The notes below the pieces were generated by a model. It did not search any database, was not told the origin of the DNA, and worked only from the letters and a program-made list of their open reading frames with translations. A program made the translations under genes and the position numbers. From the NCBI GenBank assembly GCA_963727895.1, contig CAVSHT010000015.1, positions 1 through 62,522 on the forward strand: DNA of 62,522 nt, in the 5' to 3' direction. The DNA comes from an uncultured Methanosarcinaceae archaeon. Its GTDB lineage: Archaea > Halobacteriota > Methanosarcinia > Methanosarcinales > Methanosarcinaceae. Positions 34,534 through 45,971 of this stretch are shown here, in pieces (position 1 is the stretch's first letter; each line of letters begins with the position of its first letter).

Positions 34534-35184
34534 TCAATTCAGTTTGACTCTCTCAGCGGTAGAAAGATAAACTACACTTTCACAGATGTTGCAACAATGG
34601 TCTGCAATTCTTTCCAGGTAGCGGATCAAGAAAAGCAAATATGTAGCTTTGGAAATAATACTGGTATCTTTTGCCATCATTTCTATTAGCTCTACCCAGA
34701 CTGCGTAAAAGAGTTTATCTACTTCTTCATCCTTTTCTGCTACTTCTCTTGCAAGCTTAACGTCCTGAGACTCAAAAGCCCTTAGAGAATTTTCAAGCAT
34801 AAAATAGGCAATATCTGCCATTTTTTTCGTATCAATAAGAGGTTTCACATGCTCTCCTTCGATTCTTTCGGGTATCTTGGCAATATTCATTGATAACCCC
34901 AAAATTCTTCGTAGATCTGATGTGATTTTGAGTGCAGATATGACAAGCCGGAGATCACTGGCCATAGGCTGTTGAAGTGCAAGAAGATCAAAAATAGAAG
35001 TTTCAATTCCTTCTTCAAGTTTATCTACTTCTGCCTCAAAAGCAAGAGTTTTTACAGCAAGGTTGACATCAAGATCTAGAACTGCATTCATTGAATCCTT
35101 GAAAGCCAACTCAACGGTTTCTCCAAGAGAAAAAACGGATTCCTTGAGCAGATCCAGCTGCTTTACATATTGTTCTCGAGTCAT
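34534..35184 (-). CDS. phoU: Phosphate uptake regulator PhoU
   Basis: LQQPMASDLR, YLERIADH; last gene of the pst operon. Confidence 0.95.
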   Translation of the reverse strand: MTREQYVKQLDLLKESVFSLGETVELAFKDSMNAVLDLDVNLAVKTLAFEAEVDKLEEGIETSIFDLLALQQPMASDLRLVISALKITSDLRRILGLSMNIAKIPERIEGEHVKPLIDTKKMADIAYFMLENSLRAFESQDVKLAREVAEKDEEVDKLFYAVWVELIEMMAKDTSIISKATYLLFLIRYLERIADHCCNICESVVYLSTAERVKLN

Positions 35185-35188
35185 TCAA

Positions 35189-35965
35189 TCACCCAAACCT
35201 GCCTGTAATATAATCCTCAGTCCTCTTTTCCCTTGGATTTTGAAAAATCTGTCTGGTCTGCCCAAACTCAATAAGTTCCCCCATAAGGAAAAAAGCGGTG
35301 TAATCTGAAATCCTCGCTGCCTGCTGCATATTATGAGTTACAATTACTATCGTATAATCTTTTTTAAGACTCATAATTAGATCTTCAATCCTTAAGGTAG
35401 AAATAGGATCAAGAGCACTTGTAGGCTCATCGAAAAGAATTGTTTTTGGTTTTACTGCCAGAGTTCTGGCAATGCAAAGCCTCTGTTGTTGTCCCCCACT
35501 TAAAGAGAGAGCAGGAGACTTAAGTCTGTCTGAAATTTCGTCCCAGATCGCACCAGAGTGGAGGGCTTGCTCAACAATTTCATCAAGATCTTTTTTGTTT
35601 ACACCATGTATGCGCGGGCCGTATGCAACATTATCATAAATAGACATAGGAAAAGGATTGGGTTTCTGAAAAACCATCCCAACTTTTTTGCGAAGATCTA
35701 CAACATCCACATCTGGCGCGTAAATATTCTTTTCTTCTATCGTAACTTTACCTTTGATCCTGCAGTTCTTAATAAGATCATTCATTCTGTTTAAGCAACG
35801 GAGAAAAGTGGATTTGCCACAGCCTGAAGGGCCTATAAGGGCAGTTATGCTGTTTTTGGGGATTTGCATAGAAATATTTTTAAGCGCCTGTTTTTCCCCA
35901 TACCACAGATTAAGGTTTTCTACTTTAATTTGGGGTTGAGATACGTTTTGAACATCCTCAGTCAT
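35189..35965 (-). CDS. pstB: Phosphate ABC transporter ATPase
   Basis: [35 protein letters not shown]. Confidence 0.97.
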   Translation of the reverse strand: MTEDVQNVSQPQIKVENLNLWYGEKQALKNISMQIPKNSITALIGPSGCGKSTFLRCLNRMNDLIKNCRIKGKVTIEEKNIYAPDVDVVDLRKKVGMVFQKPNPFPMSIYDNVAYGPRIHGVNKKDLDEIVEQALHSGAIWDEISDRLKSPALSLSGGQQQRLCIARTLAVKPKTILFDEPTSALDPISTLRIEDLIMSLKKDYTIVIVTHNMQQAARISDYTAFFLMGELIEFGQTRQIFQNPREKRTEDYITGRFG

Positions 35966-36013
35966 TTAGGAACCTCATTATCACATAAACGAGTTAGGTT
36001 AGCAAAATTTTAG

Positions 36014-36943
36014 TCAAACTTTCAATTTATTTCTGTAATGCCTGCGAATCAGAACAGCTACAAAATTCAAAATTAAAACAATAAATAGCAGAACCAGAGC
36101 TGTTCCATACTGAATAGGCCTGGTTTTTTCAATATTTGTCCCAGACGTTGCAAGCACAAAAAGATGGTAAGGAAGCGCCATAAACTGAGAAGAGAGCGAA
36201 TCTGGAATCCTTGGCAAATAGTAAGCAACCCCTGTAAAAAGAATAGGAGCTGTTTCTCCTGCAACTCTCCCTATGCTCAGAACTGAGCCTGTAGCAATTC
36301 CCGGTATAGCTGCAGGCAGTACTACATGCCTTATCGTCTGCCATTTACCGGCACCAAGTGCAAGAGATGAGTCTCGGTACTCTTTTGGAACTGCAATCAG
36401 TGCTTCTTCAGTAGAGCGAATAATCACGGGAATAATTAGTAACGCAAGTGTAAGGGATGCAGAAAGTATGGAAGAACCAAAATCAAAGTACTTTACAAAC
36501 AAAGCTAGCCCAAAAAGTCCAAAAACTACCGACGGAATTCCTGCTAGATTATTGACCGCCATCTCTATAAGCCAGGTGGTCCGGCTCTCTTCGGCATATT
36601 CATTCAGGTAAATAGCAGCCATAACTCCCATTGGAAGAGCTACAGCCATGGATCCTATGATTAGAGCTATAGTGCCTATAATTGCTGGATAGATTCCACC
36701 TTCAGTCATCATGAATCTGGGCATTTCAGTAAGAAACCCAATGTTAATTACACTATACCCATTGTAAATAATATAACCAAGGATAACCAGTACAAATCCC
36801 ACTACTGTCAAAGTTGAAAGACCAAGCAGTGCAAAGGCGATTTTTTCACATGTCTTTGCACTAAATCCCATACTCAGCCCCCCCTGAACCTTAGTAACGT
36901 TATGATCAGTTTCTTTTGCTTTTGCATTTAGCTCCATGCTCAA
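36014..36943 (-). CDS. pstA: Phosphate ABC transporter permease
   Basis: LAGIPSVVFGLFG, GRVAGETAP. Confidence 0.95.
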   Translation of the reverse strand: MSMELNAKAKETDHNVTKVQGGLSMGFSAKTCEKIAFALLGLSTLTVVGFVLVILGYIIYNGYSVINIGFLTEMPRFMMTEGGIYPAIIGTIALIIGSMAVALPMGVMAAIYLNEYAEESRTTWLIEMAVNNLAGIPSVVFGLFGLALFVKYFDFGSSILSASLTLALLIIPVIIRSTEEALIAVPKEYRDSSLALGAGKWQTIRHVVLPAAIPGIATGSVLSIGRVAGETAPILFTGVAYYLPRIPDSLSSQFMALPYHLFVLATSGTNIEKTRPIQYGTALVLLFIVLILNFVAVLIRRHYRNKLKV

Positions 36944-37830
36944 TCCACCTTGAATCTGTATCGTTTTTTAATTGAATCAGCAATCAGGTTAATCAGGAAA
37001 GTTACGATGAAAAGTACAGACCCAACAGCAAAGAGAGCATGGAAATGAGCACTTCCCTGAGGGACTTCTCCCATTTCAAGTGCAATTGTAGCAGTCATTG
37101 TCCTTACAGAAGCGAAAAACCCTCCTGGAAAAGAAGGAATTATTGCAGTATTTCCAGTTACCATCATAAGGGTCATAGTCTCCCCTATAGCTCTTCCTAC
37201 GCCAAGCATCACAGCCGCTGAGATTCCTGATAATGCTGCAGGAACTACGACTCTATATATGGTCTGCCATTTTGTAGCTCCAAGAGCCAGGGAGCCGTGT
37301 TCAAGAGTGCTGGGAACAGAGCTAATAGCATCCTCTGAGATAGTAATAATCGTAGGGAGTGCCATAATTCCCAACATAATAGAACCTGCAAGAGCAGTTT
37401 GACCGGTTGGCAAGTTAAAGCTATGCTGTATAATTGGAACCAGTACAACAAGCCCGAAGAACCCAAACACAACAGAAGGAATTCCTGCCAGGATCTCAAT
37501 AAATGGCTTCAGGAAATCTGCAACCTTTGGGTCAGCAATTTTAGAAATATAGATGGCAGAAGCAATTCCTATAGGTACAGCAAAAAGAATAGCTCCGAAA
37601 GTAACAATAAGAGACCCCAAGAACAGAGGTAACAAACCGAACTGCCTGTTTACAGATTCTGGATACCAGAACTTTCCTGTAAGAAAGTCCATTAGAGACG
37701 TATCTTTAAAAAGAAGTAAACTGTCTCTAAACAAAAAAAGACATATAAGGAAGAGAATAATGACCGTAAGGATACTGACTGTAAACAGAGCCCATTCGAT
37801 CGTTTTTTCCTTATAATTTCTGTTTAACAT
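36940..37830 (-). CDS. pstC: Phosphate ABC transporter permease
   Basis: EILAGIPSVVFG, GRAIGETM. Confidence 0.95.
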   Translation of the reverse strand: MLNRNYKEKTIEWALFTVSILTVIILFLICLFLFRDSLLLFKDTSLMDFLTGKFWYPESVNRQFGLLPLFLGSLIVTFGAILFAVPIGIASAIYISKIADPKVADFLKPFIEILAGIPSVVFGFFGLVVLVPIIQHSFNLPTGQTALAGSIMLGIMALPTIITISEDAISSVPSTLEHGSLALGATKWQTIYRVVVPAALSGISAAVMLGVGRAIGETMTLMMVTGNTAIIPSFPGGFFASVRTMTATIALEMGEVPQGSAHFHALFAVGSVLFIVTFLINLIADSIKKRYRFKVD

Positions 37831-37859
37831 TTTGTCCCCTTAAAGATTTTTGGCGGCTA

Positions 37860-38786
37860 TTACTTCTTTAGTGGGATATATCCAATTTTACTTACAACTT
37901 TTTGCCCTTGATCACTCAAGATAAAGTTGATGAATTCTTTTGTGAGGCCTGAAGGTTCTCCATTGGTGTACATGTAGAGAGCCCTCGAAAGTGGGTATGT
38001 ACCATCAAGGATGGTCTGAGGAGTCGGAGATACAGACCCATTCCCTTTGTCTAGACTTAAGGCCTTTGTACTGTTATCAAGGTACGCAAAGCCTATGTAT
38101 CCAATTGCATTAGTGTTCTGAGAAACTTCAGAAACTATTCCTCCTGTAGCAGACTGGGCAAGGGCATCGGGTCGGTAATTATCCTTGTTCATAGCAAGTT
38201 CCTGGAAATCTTTGTAAGTTCCTGAACTGCTGTCTCTTGAAACTACTGTAATTGGACTATCTTGACCACCAACTTCCTTCCAGTTGCTGATAGTTCCGTT
38301 GTAGATACCGCGTAATTGGGCAAAGGTAAGATTAGAGACAGGGTTTTTGGGATTTACAACCACTGTAATCCCATCATGAGCAATAGTAGTCGCAACAGGA
38401 TTGATCCCATTCTGTTTTGCATTTTGGGTTTCATTATCAGTGATTTCTCGAGATGCATCAGCAATGTCTACTTCCCCATCAATGAGAGCTGCAAGCCCAA
38501 CACCGGACCCTCCTCCAGCAACTGATATACTTTTTCCGGAATTCTGATTCATAAATTCCTCAGCTTCAGCTTGTGCTAGAGGTAAAATTGTATCAGAACC
38601 TTTCACTGAAATACTTCCAGATCCAGAAGGATTAGCATTTTCAGAAACATTAGCATTTGAAGAGACACTGGCATTTTCTGTAGAAGAAGATACATCACTA
38701 TTTTTAGTTCCTGTACATCCTATTCCCAGAAACACAAGTCCAATCATTAATAATATGAGAATTGTATATCTCAACTTAATTTTCAT
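37860..38786 (-). CDS. pstS: Phosphate-binding lipoprotein
   Basis: Lipobox LGIGC, GSDT, GGGSGVG, RDSSSGT, YPLSR; start taken at ATG 38786. Confidence 0.94.
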   Translation of the reverse strand: MKIKLRYTILILLMIGLVFLGIGCTGTKNSDVSSSTENASVSSNANVSENANPSGSGSISVKGSDTILPLAQAEAEEFMNQNSGKSISVAGGGSGVGLAALIDGEVDIADASREITDNETQNAKQNGINPVATTIAHDGITVVVNPKNPVSNLTFAQLRGIYNGTISNWKEVGGQDSPITVVSRDSSSGTYKDFQELAMNKDNYRPDALAQSATGGIVSEVSQNTNAIGYIGFAYLDNSTKALSLDKGNGSVSPTPQTILDGTYPLSRALYMYTNGEPSGLTKEFINFILSDQGQKVVSKIGYIPLKK

Positions 38787-39000
38787 ATATACAGACACTC
38801 CTCTAGATAATAGATCAAAGTTACACTCGTCGAAGTTATTTTCAGTTATGCACAATAAGTGAGAAATATATAAAGATTCGCGTTATATAATATAGAGAAG
38901 AATATACCAGAAAGTAAGAATATATAAAAACATAGAATAGATAGATATTGAAAAAAGAATATAGATTATGAAGGAAATAGTATTTAGAAAAAAGTATAAG

Positions 39001-39739
39001 GGCATTGGTAATTAAACATTGTTATATGCTATTAGAAAGTATATTTCTTCATGAACTGCCCCAGATGTAATAGTTCCAGTCACAAAAATAATGGTATAGT
39101 TGGTGGTTGTCAACGGTACAAATGCTCTGATTGTGGATATAACTATATAGTAGAGCTAAAATCAACTGATTTTTCCGCTTCTGTAAAAAGACAGGCTTTA
39201 CAACTCTATCTTGAAGGATTGGGCTTTCGTTCAATAGGAAGAGTTTTAGGGGTGAGTCATGTTTCTGTCCAAAGATGGATCAAGAAATTTGGTCAGGAGT
39301 GAGAGAACCTAAAAAGTGAAAGTGAGATATCTATTGTTGAAATGGATGAAATGCACACTTACATCGGTAACAAAAAAAATATTGCTGGATCTGGATTGCT
39401 GTTGATAGAGTTGGGAAAAAGTTCATCAACTGCTCTTTTGGCATCAGAGGAACGGAAACTGGAAAACGACTATGGAAAAATTGAAGAAAAAATAGATCGG
39501 AGAAGTGATGACCGATCACTGGAGAGCATATGCAGAGTTTATTCCAGAAAAGATCCATACTCAATCAAAAGCAGAAACGTATACTGTTGAAGGATATAAC
39601 AGCATATTGAGGCACTTTCTGGCAAGGTTGAGAAGAAAGACAAAGTGTTATACGAAGAGTCTTGAAATGCTAAAGTACTCGGTTATTCTATTGATGAAAT
39701 AAAGAAATAAAGAACTAGATATATTCAGTTAACAATGTC
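39001..39739 (+). mobile_element. IS1-family element, copy 3 (degenerate)
   Basis: GGCATTGGTAATTAA ... AACAATGTC ends; 8-bp TSD AGTATAAG; TGA at 39300 and a frameshift. Confidence 0.92.
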
Positions 39740-39877
39740 AGTATAAGAAATCAATAGCAGATAAAAAGTTACTAAAACCTAGAACAAAAGAGATAGAAAT
39801 TCAAACAAATTTATAAATAGATAAGGAATAAACAAATACTCAAAAGAGACAGAAACTCAAAACAGAAAAATGCAGGC

Positions 39878-42673
39878 TCAGAAATCAAAGAGTGAACTCT
39901 GCTCTGCATGTCCATTTTCCTTACATAAATCCTGTTCCTGAATCTTTTTTTTATCCTCTTTTTCGGAAAGAGACTTTTGCTGCTTCTTTACTTCAGGTTT
40001 TTTAACTTCAAAATCAAATAGTCCTTTTTGCTTGGAATCAAAGTCAAGAGAAGAGGTCTTAACCCCAAAAACTTCCAGAATACGCTCCACAGGAGGCAGA
40101 ATCTGCTTTTTAATATAGTAATCGACATCAATTGGAATATTTTGTTCCCTGACGTAATCCGGATCTTCAGCCCGATCGACAAAAAGACCTTTTCCTGCAG
40201 TAATAACAAAAGGTATCCTTGTTCCTATAGAAGGCACTACACCAGTTCGTTTTTTTAGATTTTCCACAACTGTAAGGTGAGGCTGCTTGTTTTTATAACT
40301 CTCTGTCTTCTTTGTAAGGGTGCGCGTGAGAATTAAACTTTCAATAATGTCGGAATCTTTTTTTGGGTCAAGGTTCCTAACCTTACTAACGATATCACGA
40401 ACATACTCCACAGCCTGGTCAACATCACCTTTTATAAGCACAAGCTCTAGCACCCTATTGAGAGTTACAGAAGTTAGTTCGCACCAGTCCCTTCGGATAG
40501 TCTCCATACCTTTAACCTTAATTTTATTTTCCCAGCCCGAATTTTTGGGCTCAAAAAGCCAGAGAGCATAACGTTTTTTTGCAATAAGAAGAGCACGTTT
40601 AGCGATAGATTCAAATTCAAGTTCCATTGGATCAGGCAAGGAAGCAGAAACGATATTTGAAAGCCTGTTACCTATAAGACTAATATCCTCAAGAGACAGA
40701 TCTCCTTTGGACATACAATGAACAAAGACACTATCTGTATCGCCATAGGCAACCGACAGTTCAATTATTCTGTCTGAAGAAGAAATTTCTCCGGCTTCAT
40801 TAAGGAGAAAAGCCGTTTTATTCCGGAGAACGATTTTTCCAATAGTACTGTTGATAATTTCTCTAGTATTGAGAATATTGCTTCGTCCAAAACTTGTTAC
40901 CGCATTGGCAAGAGTCAGGCTGTAAAGCCTTGCCCGAGCATATCCGGAATAACCATAAAAGCTATTCAACAGGATTTTCAGAGCAAGCTGAGTAGCATCA
41001 AGTACTCTATATTCATTTTCATCTGAAGATCCTCTCATCCTCTTTTTTGTCTGTGTCCTCTTATTAAGCAGATCTTCAAGGATAGAGGGTACAATTCCTT
41101 TATAAACGTCAGGAGACACAAACTCTCCTCCCGACGGAGGTCTGATAGTCATATTCTCAGGCCTATCACCTGTAACTACTGTAGTATAACAAAGGTTGTG
41201 TGCCATCATTATAGTTGGGTAAAGAGACTTGTAGTCAAGGATAAGCACATTTTCCAAAAGCCCTTTCTGAGGTTCCAGAACTTCTCCTCCTTTGAGGTCG
41301 GAGCTCATTTCATACCTCTCAGCCGAAACGCCGTCATTAGGTTTTGGAAGGAGAACTCTATCGTGAAGCCCAAACTCTCTTAGAAGAAGCGTTTCAACCA
41401 TAGAAGTCTGGCCTCCATCAACGACTTCTTGAAGCAGGCTTCCGCTTACCCGGGCAAGAGCGACATATTTATCAAGTAGTCTCAAATTAAGGATAAGTTC
41501 TAGAGCTAGCTCTGCATCCCTTCGTGAGTAATCAACGAATTTTTTGAATTTTTCTCCTGTATCGAGCCAGTATTCTTCCATTTCAAGAGGAGGCACATCC
41601 AGCTTTTCCCTGCTGAGGAGTTCCTTTGAAACTGCACGCAGAGTATACTGCTTGAGACTGAAAGCCCTTCTTACAAGAGGAAGAGCGTCTACAACCACCC
41701 GGCCTTTCATTTCAGTGCGGGTAATGAGTCCGAATTTTCTGTAACCTATTTTGCCGCCATCCCTACCGACAACAGGGTTTACTGATTTCCCTTCCGCAAC
41801 CAGAGTTTTGACTCTGTCCGTTATGTAAGGAATATCAAAATCCTGGTGATTATATCCAATTACAATGTCAGGGTCATAATCGCAGAAGATCTCGAAAAAA
41901 CGATTTAGCATTTCGGTTTCGTTCTTAAAGGAAAAAACATCAGAATTCAGACCTTCTACAGGTTTTGCCAGAAGCACAAGAGTTTTATGCCCTTTATACT
42001 CTGGCTCGAAGGAGAAACTGATCATGATTATAGGAGAAACATCAGGAGATGGCATTCCCCCATCGAAAGGCAGGCACTCTATGTCAAAAGAGAGATACTT
42101 CAATGGAGCAAGGGAGAGATTTTCAACTTTATTGAATCTGGACGCAAGGATTGAAGCATCACATGTAAAATTCTCGCAGCGAGAACTACCTGAATTACTT
42201 GCCTGACTATATCTTGCAGGATCAACGGGTTCACTTTCTGTAGATACCCAGACCATACCTCCAAGATCGTTGTCAATTAAAAAACGATTGCGGAAGAGGA
42301 TATCAGTTTCATAGATTTCCCATTTGCTTTCTGCCCTCATCACTTCCTGGAGTTTCAAAATCTCGTCCCTGATCTCAGGAACCTCTCTTGGCAGGTGGGT
42401 AGTAACCCTTAGCATCTTTGTTTTTGTTTTCTGATACCCAATAGGCTCAAATTTTTCTACGATTTCTACTTTTTTAACTTGTTCAAAAGTATCTTTTATA
42501 AGCCTGGATACGGCATGAAGATCTCCAGAAGCCTTAAGATAAAAGTAAGGCTCAAAATCGGGAACAAAACAGCAAACACTTTTCCCGTCCGCTCCCCTTC
42601 CAAAGAGGCGGATTATGGGGTTGTTATTAATTACGTCATAATCTGCATCCAAAATCTGGAAATCCATAGGCAT
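39878..42673 (-). CDS. polB: Family B DNA polymerase
   Basis: Exo I FDIE, Exo II GYNHQDFD, Pol A DYKSLYP, Pol B KILLNSFYG, Pol C YGDTDS. Confidence 0.97.
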   Translation of the reverse strand: MPMDFQILDADYDVINNNPIIRLFGRGADGKSVCCFVPDFEPYFYLKASGDLHAVSRLIKDTFEQVKKVEIVEKFEPIGYQKTKTKMLRVTTHLPREVPEIRDEILKLQEVMRAESKWEIYETDILFRNRFLIDNDLGGMVWVSTESEPVDPARYSQASNSGSSRCENFTCDASILASRFNKVENLSLAPLKYLSFDIECLPFDGGMPSPDVSPIIMISFSFEPEYKGHKTLVLLAKPVEGLNSDVFSFKNETEMLNRFFEIFCDYDPDIVIGYNHQDFDIPYITDRVKTLVAEGKSVNPVVGRDGGKIGYRKFGLITRTEMKGRVVVDALPLVRRAFSLKQYTLRAVSKELLSREKLDVPPLEMEEYWLDTGEKFKKFVDYSRRDAELALELILNLRLLDKYVALARVSGSLLQEVVDGGQTSMVETLLLREFGLHDRVLLPKPNDGVSAERYEMSSDLKGGEVLEPQKGLLENVLILDYKSLYPTIMMAHNLCYTTVVTGDRPENMTIRPPSGGEFVSPDVYKGIVPSILEDLLNKRTQTKKRMRGSSDENEYRVLDATQLALKILLNSFYGYSGYARARLYSLTLANAVTSFGRSNILNTREIINSTIGKIVLRNKTAFLLNEAGEISSSDRIIELSVAYGDTDSVFVHCMSKGDLSLEDISLIGNRLSNIVSASLPDPMELEFESIAKRALLIAKKRYALWLFEPKNSGWENKIKVKGMETIRRDWCELTSVTLNRVLELVLIKGDVDQAVEYVRDIVSKVRNLDPKKDSDIIESLILTRTLTKKTESYKNKQPHLTVVENLKKRTGVVPSIGTRIPFVITAGKGLFVDRAEDPDYVREQNIPIDVDYYIKKQILPPVERILEVFGVKTSSLDFDSKQKGLFDFEVKKPEVKKQQKSLSEKEDKKKIQEQDLCKENGHAEQSSLFDF

Positions 42674-42797
42674 GGTTTAGGTTTTTAGATAGACATATAA
42701 CTTTTGTTGTATGCTGGAAAAAAGCAGTACAGAAATAAAGAAAAAAAGAAGTTCAAAATATGAAAGAGAGAAGAATTTTGGAAAAAGAAATTAAATC

Positions 42798-44326
42798 TTA
42801 TTTATTTGCTTTTTGAAAAGAGTTTAGTTGGAGTTCACAAAAATCAATTATTATAGGATCTCTGAGTTCTTTACCTATAAGAAGAGACATTTTGAGAAAC
42901 TCAATCGCTTTCGTTAGATCAACAAATTGCAGATAAATAATGCCAAGATTGAAAAGCCAACTAGCTTCCCCATGTCGATCACTTACTTCACGTGAAATTA
43001 AAAGAGCCTGTTCATAATATTCAATAGCTTTCTTGATTTCACCAAGACGATAGTAAGAGTTACCAAGGTTATTCAAGATGACTTCCTTCTCCGCGTCGGT
43101 CACCAATTTCACGTGAAATTAAAAGAGCCTGCTCATAACATTCAATAGCTTTAGCAATTTCACCAAGATCATGTATAGATATTACCGAGGTCGCCAAGGT
43201 AAGTTTCTTCTCCACGCCTATCACCAATTTCTCGTGAAATTAAAAGAGCCTGTTCATAAAATTTTATTGCTTTAGTAACCTCACCTAGATAGAAGTAGGA
43301 ACTACCAAGGTTGCTAAGGAGCCCACCCTCATTGCGCCGATCACCAATTTCTCGCGAAACTACAAGAGCCTGCTCATAATAGTCAATAGCTTTAGTAACT
43401 TCACCGAGATGCAGGTAGGAACTACCAAGGTTGCCAAGAAGTACTCTCATCGCTGTGTTGATCATCGACTTCATGTGAAATAAAAAGAGCACGCTCATAA
43501 TATTCAATTGCTTGTCTTCACTTCGCCAACGTCACTAGCAGGCATTCCCAAGTTTTCCAAGGACTTCGCATTCTCTACGCCGATCCCCTATCTGCCGGGA
43601 AATTTTAAGAGATTCTTGAAAATAGGTTATCGCTTCTTTAGGATAGCCTCTGAGCAATTTAATCATTCCAAGCTTGTAATTCCAGTAAGCAAACTTTTGA
43701 GAATCAGTTGTTCCTTTTTCGTGATATTCTTTCAATAGGCGAGAGTAATACTCCCACCTATCTTCAAGTTCCTTTTTGCTTAAGGATTCAAGCTCCGTGT
43801 CACCAAAATCAATAGCTGCTCTTACAACTTCTTCTTTTTTCATGTCAAATTCAAGAACGGTGGTACGCCACGAAAAAAAATCCGGAGCTTCCTTGAGAAG
43901 TTTTTGAAAAGAAAGACTATTAATCCAAATTATTACAGGATTTTCAATAGTCAGAAAGCGCTCTCGCATCATATTTAAAAGTAGAAGCGCTTCAGATTTT
44001 CCCTCACTGGTCTTTTTCTCTATTGCTTTATCCAACCCGAAAACGAAGAATGCTACTTTTCTATTTTCTTTCATATTTAGAGCATATAATTCCGATGCTT
44101 TCGCCTCGTTTAGCAACTTAAAAAGATCAAGAGAAGACTTACTCATGTTGATATCATAAATAAAAAGTTCGCCTTCCAACCTTCTAATAGTCTCCGTATA
44201 GAGCGCATTGCAGAGAACTGGTTCGTTGCAACGCACAAATACAATTGTAAGGTCTTCTGAGATACGTAGGAGAGTGACTAGTTTATCCAGTTTGTAAAGT
44301 TGTTCAGGTTCAAGCTCCACATTCAC
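42798..44326 (-). pseudogene. TPR-repeat protein with an N-terminal degenerate NTPase-like domain, frameshifted
   Basis: Three ORF fragments; repeats of about 120 bp encoding NLGxxYxxLGExxKAIxYYEQALxISREIGDRRxE; N-terminus has LNMMRERF and APDFFSW. Confidence 0.82.
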
Positions 44327-44451
44327 ACCTCTTTTGAAGGCCTACAACATTGATTTCATTTATTTCGTGTAATGCAAATTTGGATAAAAAATTTGGATAA
44401 TACAAAATCCAATTTACCTTCCCATCAGAGGATAAATTAACAAAAATAGAA

Positions 44452-45756
44452 TTAATCGCTGCTTGCATCCTGCTGTAGCAAATGTTTTTCTTCAAGAATG
44501 GTACGGACAATAGGACGCAGGTCACACCAGCTTCTCCCGTTTGTATATTCCAGGACGCTCAAATTGTGAAGCAGGCCTACAAGATCTCGATCCCTTTTTA
44601 TATTTTTGGAACGGGAAACTTCACGAAGAACTTCATAGTCTTCATCGCTGAGCTGAGCCTGATAGGTATTTTTGAGATCATTTACCACTTCTTCTGCAAC
44701 AGCCTTATCAATAACCGTTTTTCCTCTCGTAAGGGCAGTGACAGCCGAATCTCGAATAATTCTGATGTAGTCCCTCAGAACTCCCCCACTCATATCAATG
44801 ATATATTCAAGGGCTTCAAGTTCAAAAAGGTTAGAATTCACCCTTTTTGCGACGATCTCTTTCATGAGCGTACGCTCTTTTGATTCCCGATTCACACTAC
44901 CATCTGGTTCATGAACTTTGATATTGGGATACATGATATCGTCGCTGAAATTCATACGGATCTGTGTAAATCTATCCGAACTTTTCAATGAGATCGGAAA
45001 GGTATATATGATCTTGCACATTGGCTGAGATAGCTGTGTACCATGATTCCCAAATAAATCCAGGGCTTTATTAGGATCAGATTTTTACAGATTATCAATA
45101 ATTACAAGCACTTGCTTTCCGGTATATTCAATTTCAATAACAATATCATTGATGATGCTGATTAATTCTGAAACTCGAGGACCGATTTCTTTTCGAATTT
45201 CTTTTCGGGTCTCCGTTTCGTTTTTCATCCATGTGAAAATATTGATAAGAGCAGGTAAGCCAACTCCAAAACCAAGACCAGCCTTTTTACTGGAAATTAG
45301 ATTTTCAGTTATTGTCTGGCCCCATTTATTTGCTCGCTCAACTAAATCGCTTCTGAGAAATATTTTATTTACCTTAGAGCTTTCAATCAGTTGTGCGAGA
45401 ATAGAAAGAAGTACATCAGTATAATTGATATCATTCAGATATTGATATCATTCAGATCCAGTAAGTCCAGAACATTATAGTTTACAACGAAAAACTTATC
45501 ATTTAAATGTGAAACAAGCCGATTTAAAGCAGTTGATTTTCCTGAACCCCTGTGACCAGTGAACAGGACTTTAATGGGTTCTCCGGTCTCCAGTCCCAGC
45601 TCCAAGCGTGTCTTAAGCTTTGAAATCCATGTCTCGTTTTCCCCAATCTCAACATAGTATTTCTTCAATCTCAACATAGTATTTCTTCAGTTCCTCGTCA
45701 AAAAGCGCCTTATCGAGGTTAAACAAGTGATAAACAGATTTCAGATCATCAGTCAT
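44452..45756 (-). pseudogene. P-loop ATPase, frameshifted
   Basis: Walker A GHRGSGKST, Walker B-like LVIIDNL, SGGVLRD, LLHNLSVLEY; 22-bp and 17-bp duplications break the frame. Confidence 0.82.
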
Positions 45757-45971
45757 TACCGAGACTTCCTGTAAAATGCTTAATTTGGGTTCTGTAAATA
45801 ATCATTATTAGGAGTAATATTATAAGTATATGTACGTTTCCGGAACTGAAAGTAAAAGATGAATCAACTATAGAAAGACATAGTATTGAGATAAGGAAGA
45901 TAAAAAAAGTAAAGATTGACAGCTATAACCCTATGATTTAAGATATTGGAAACTTCCATTGACAAGTTTCT

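Noticed and set aside
39878..42673. Intein in PolB, or a casposon/viral PolB
   Set aside because: Length is explained by small insertions and the C-terminal tail; no intein motifs, no cas1 or terminal repeats; cellular-type PIP box
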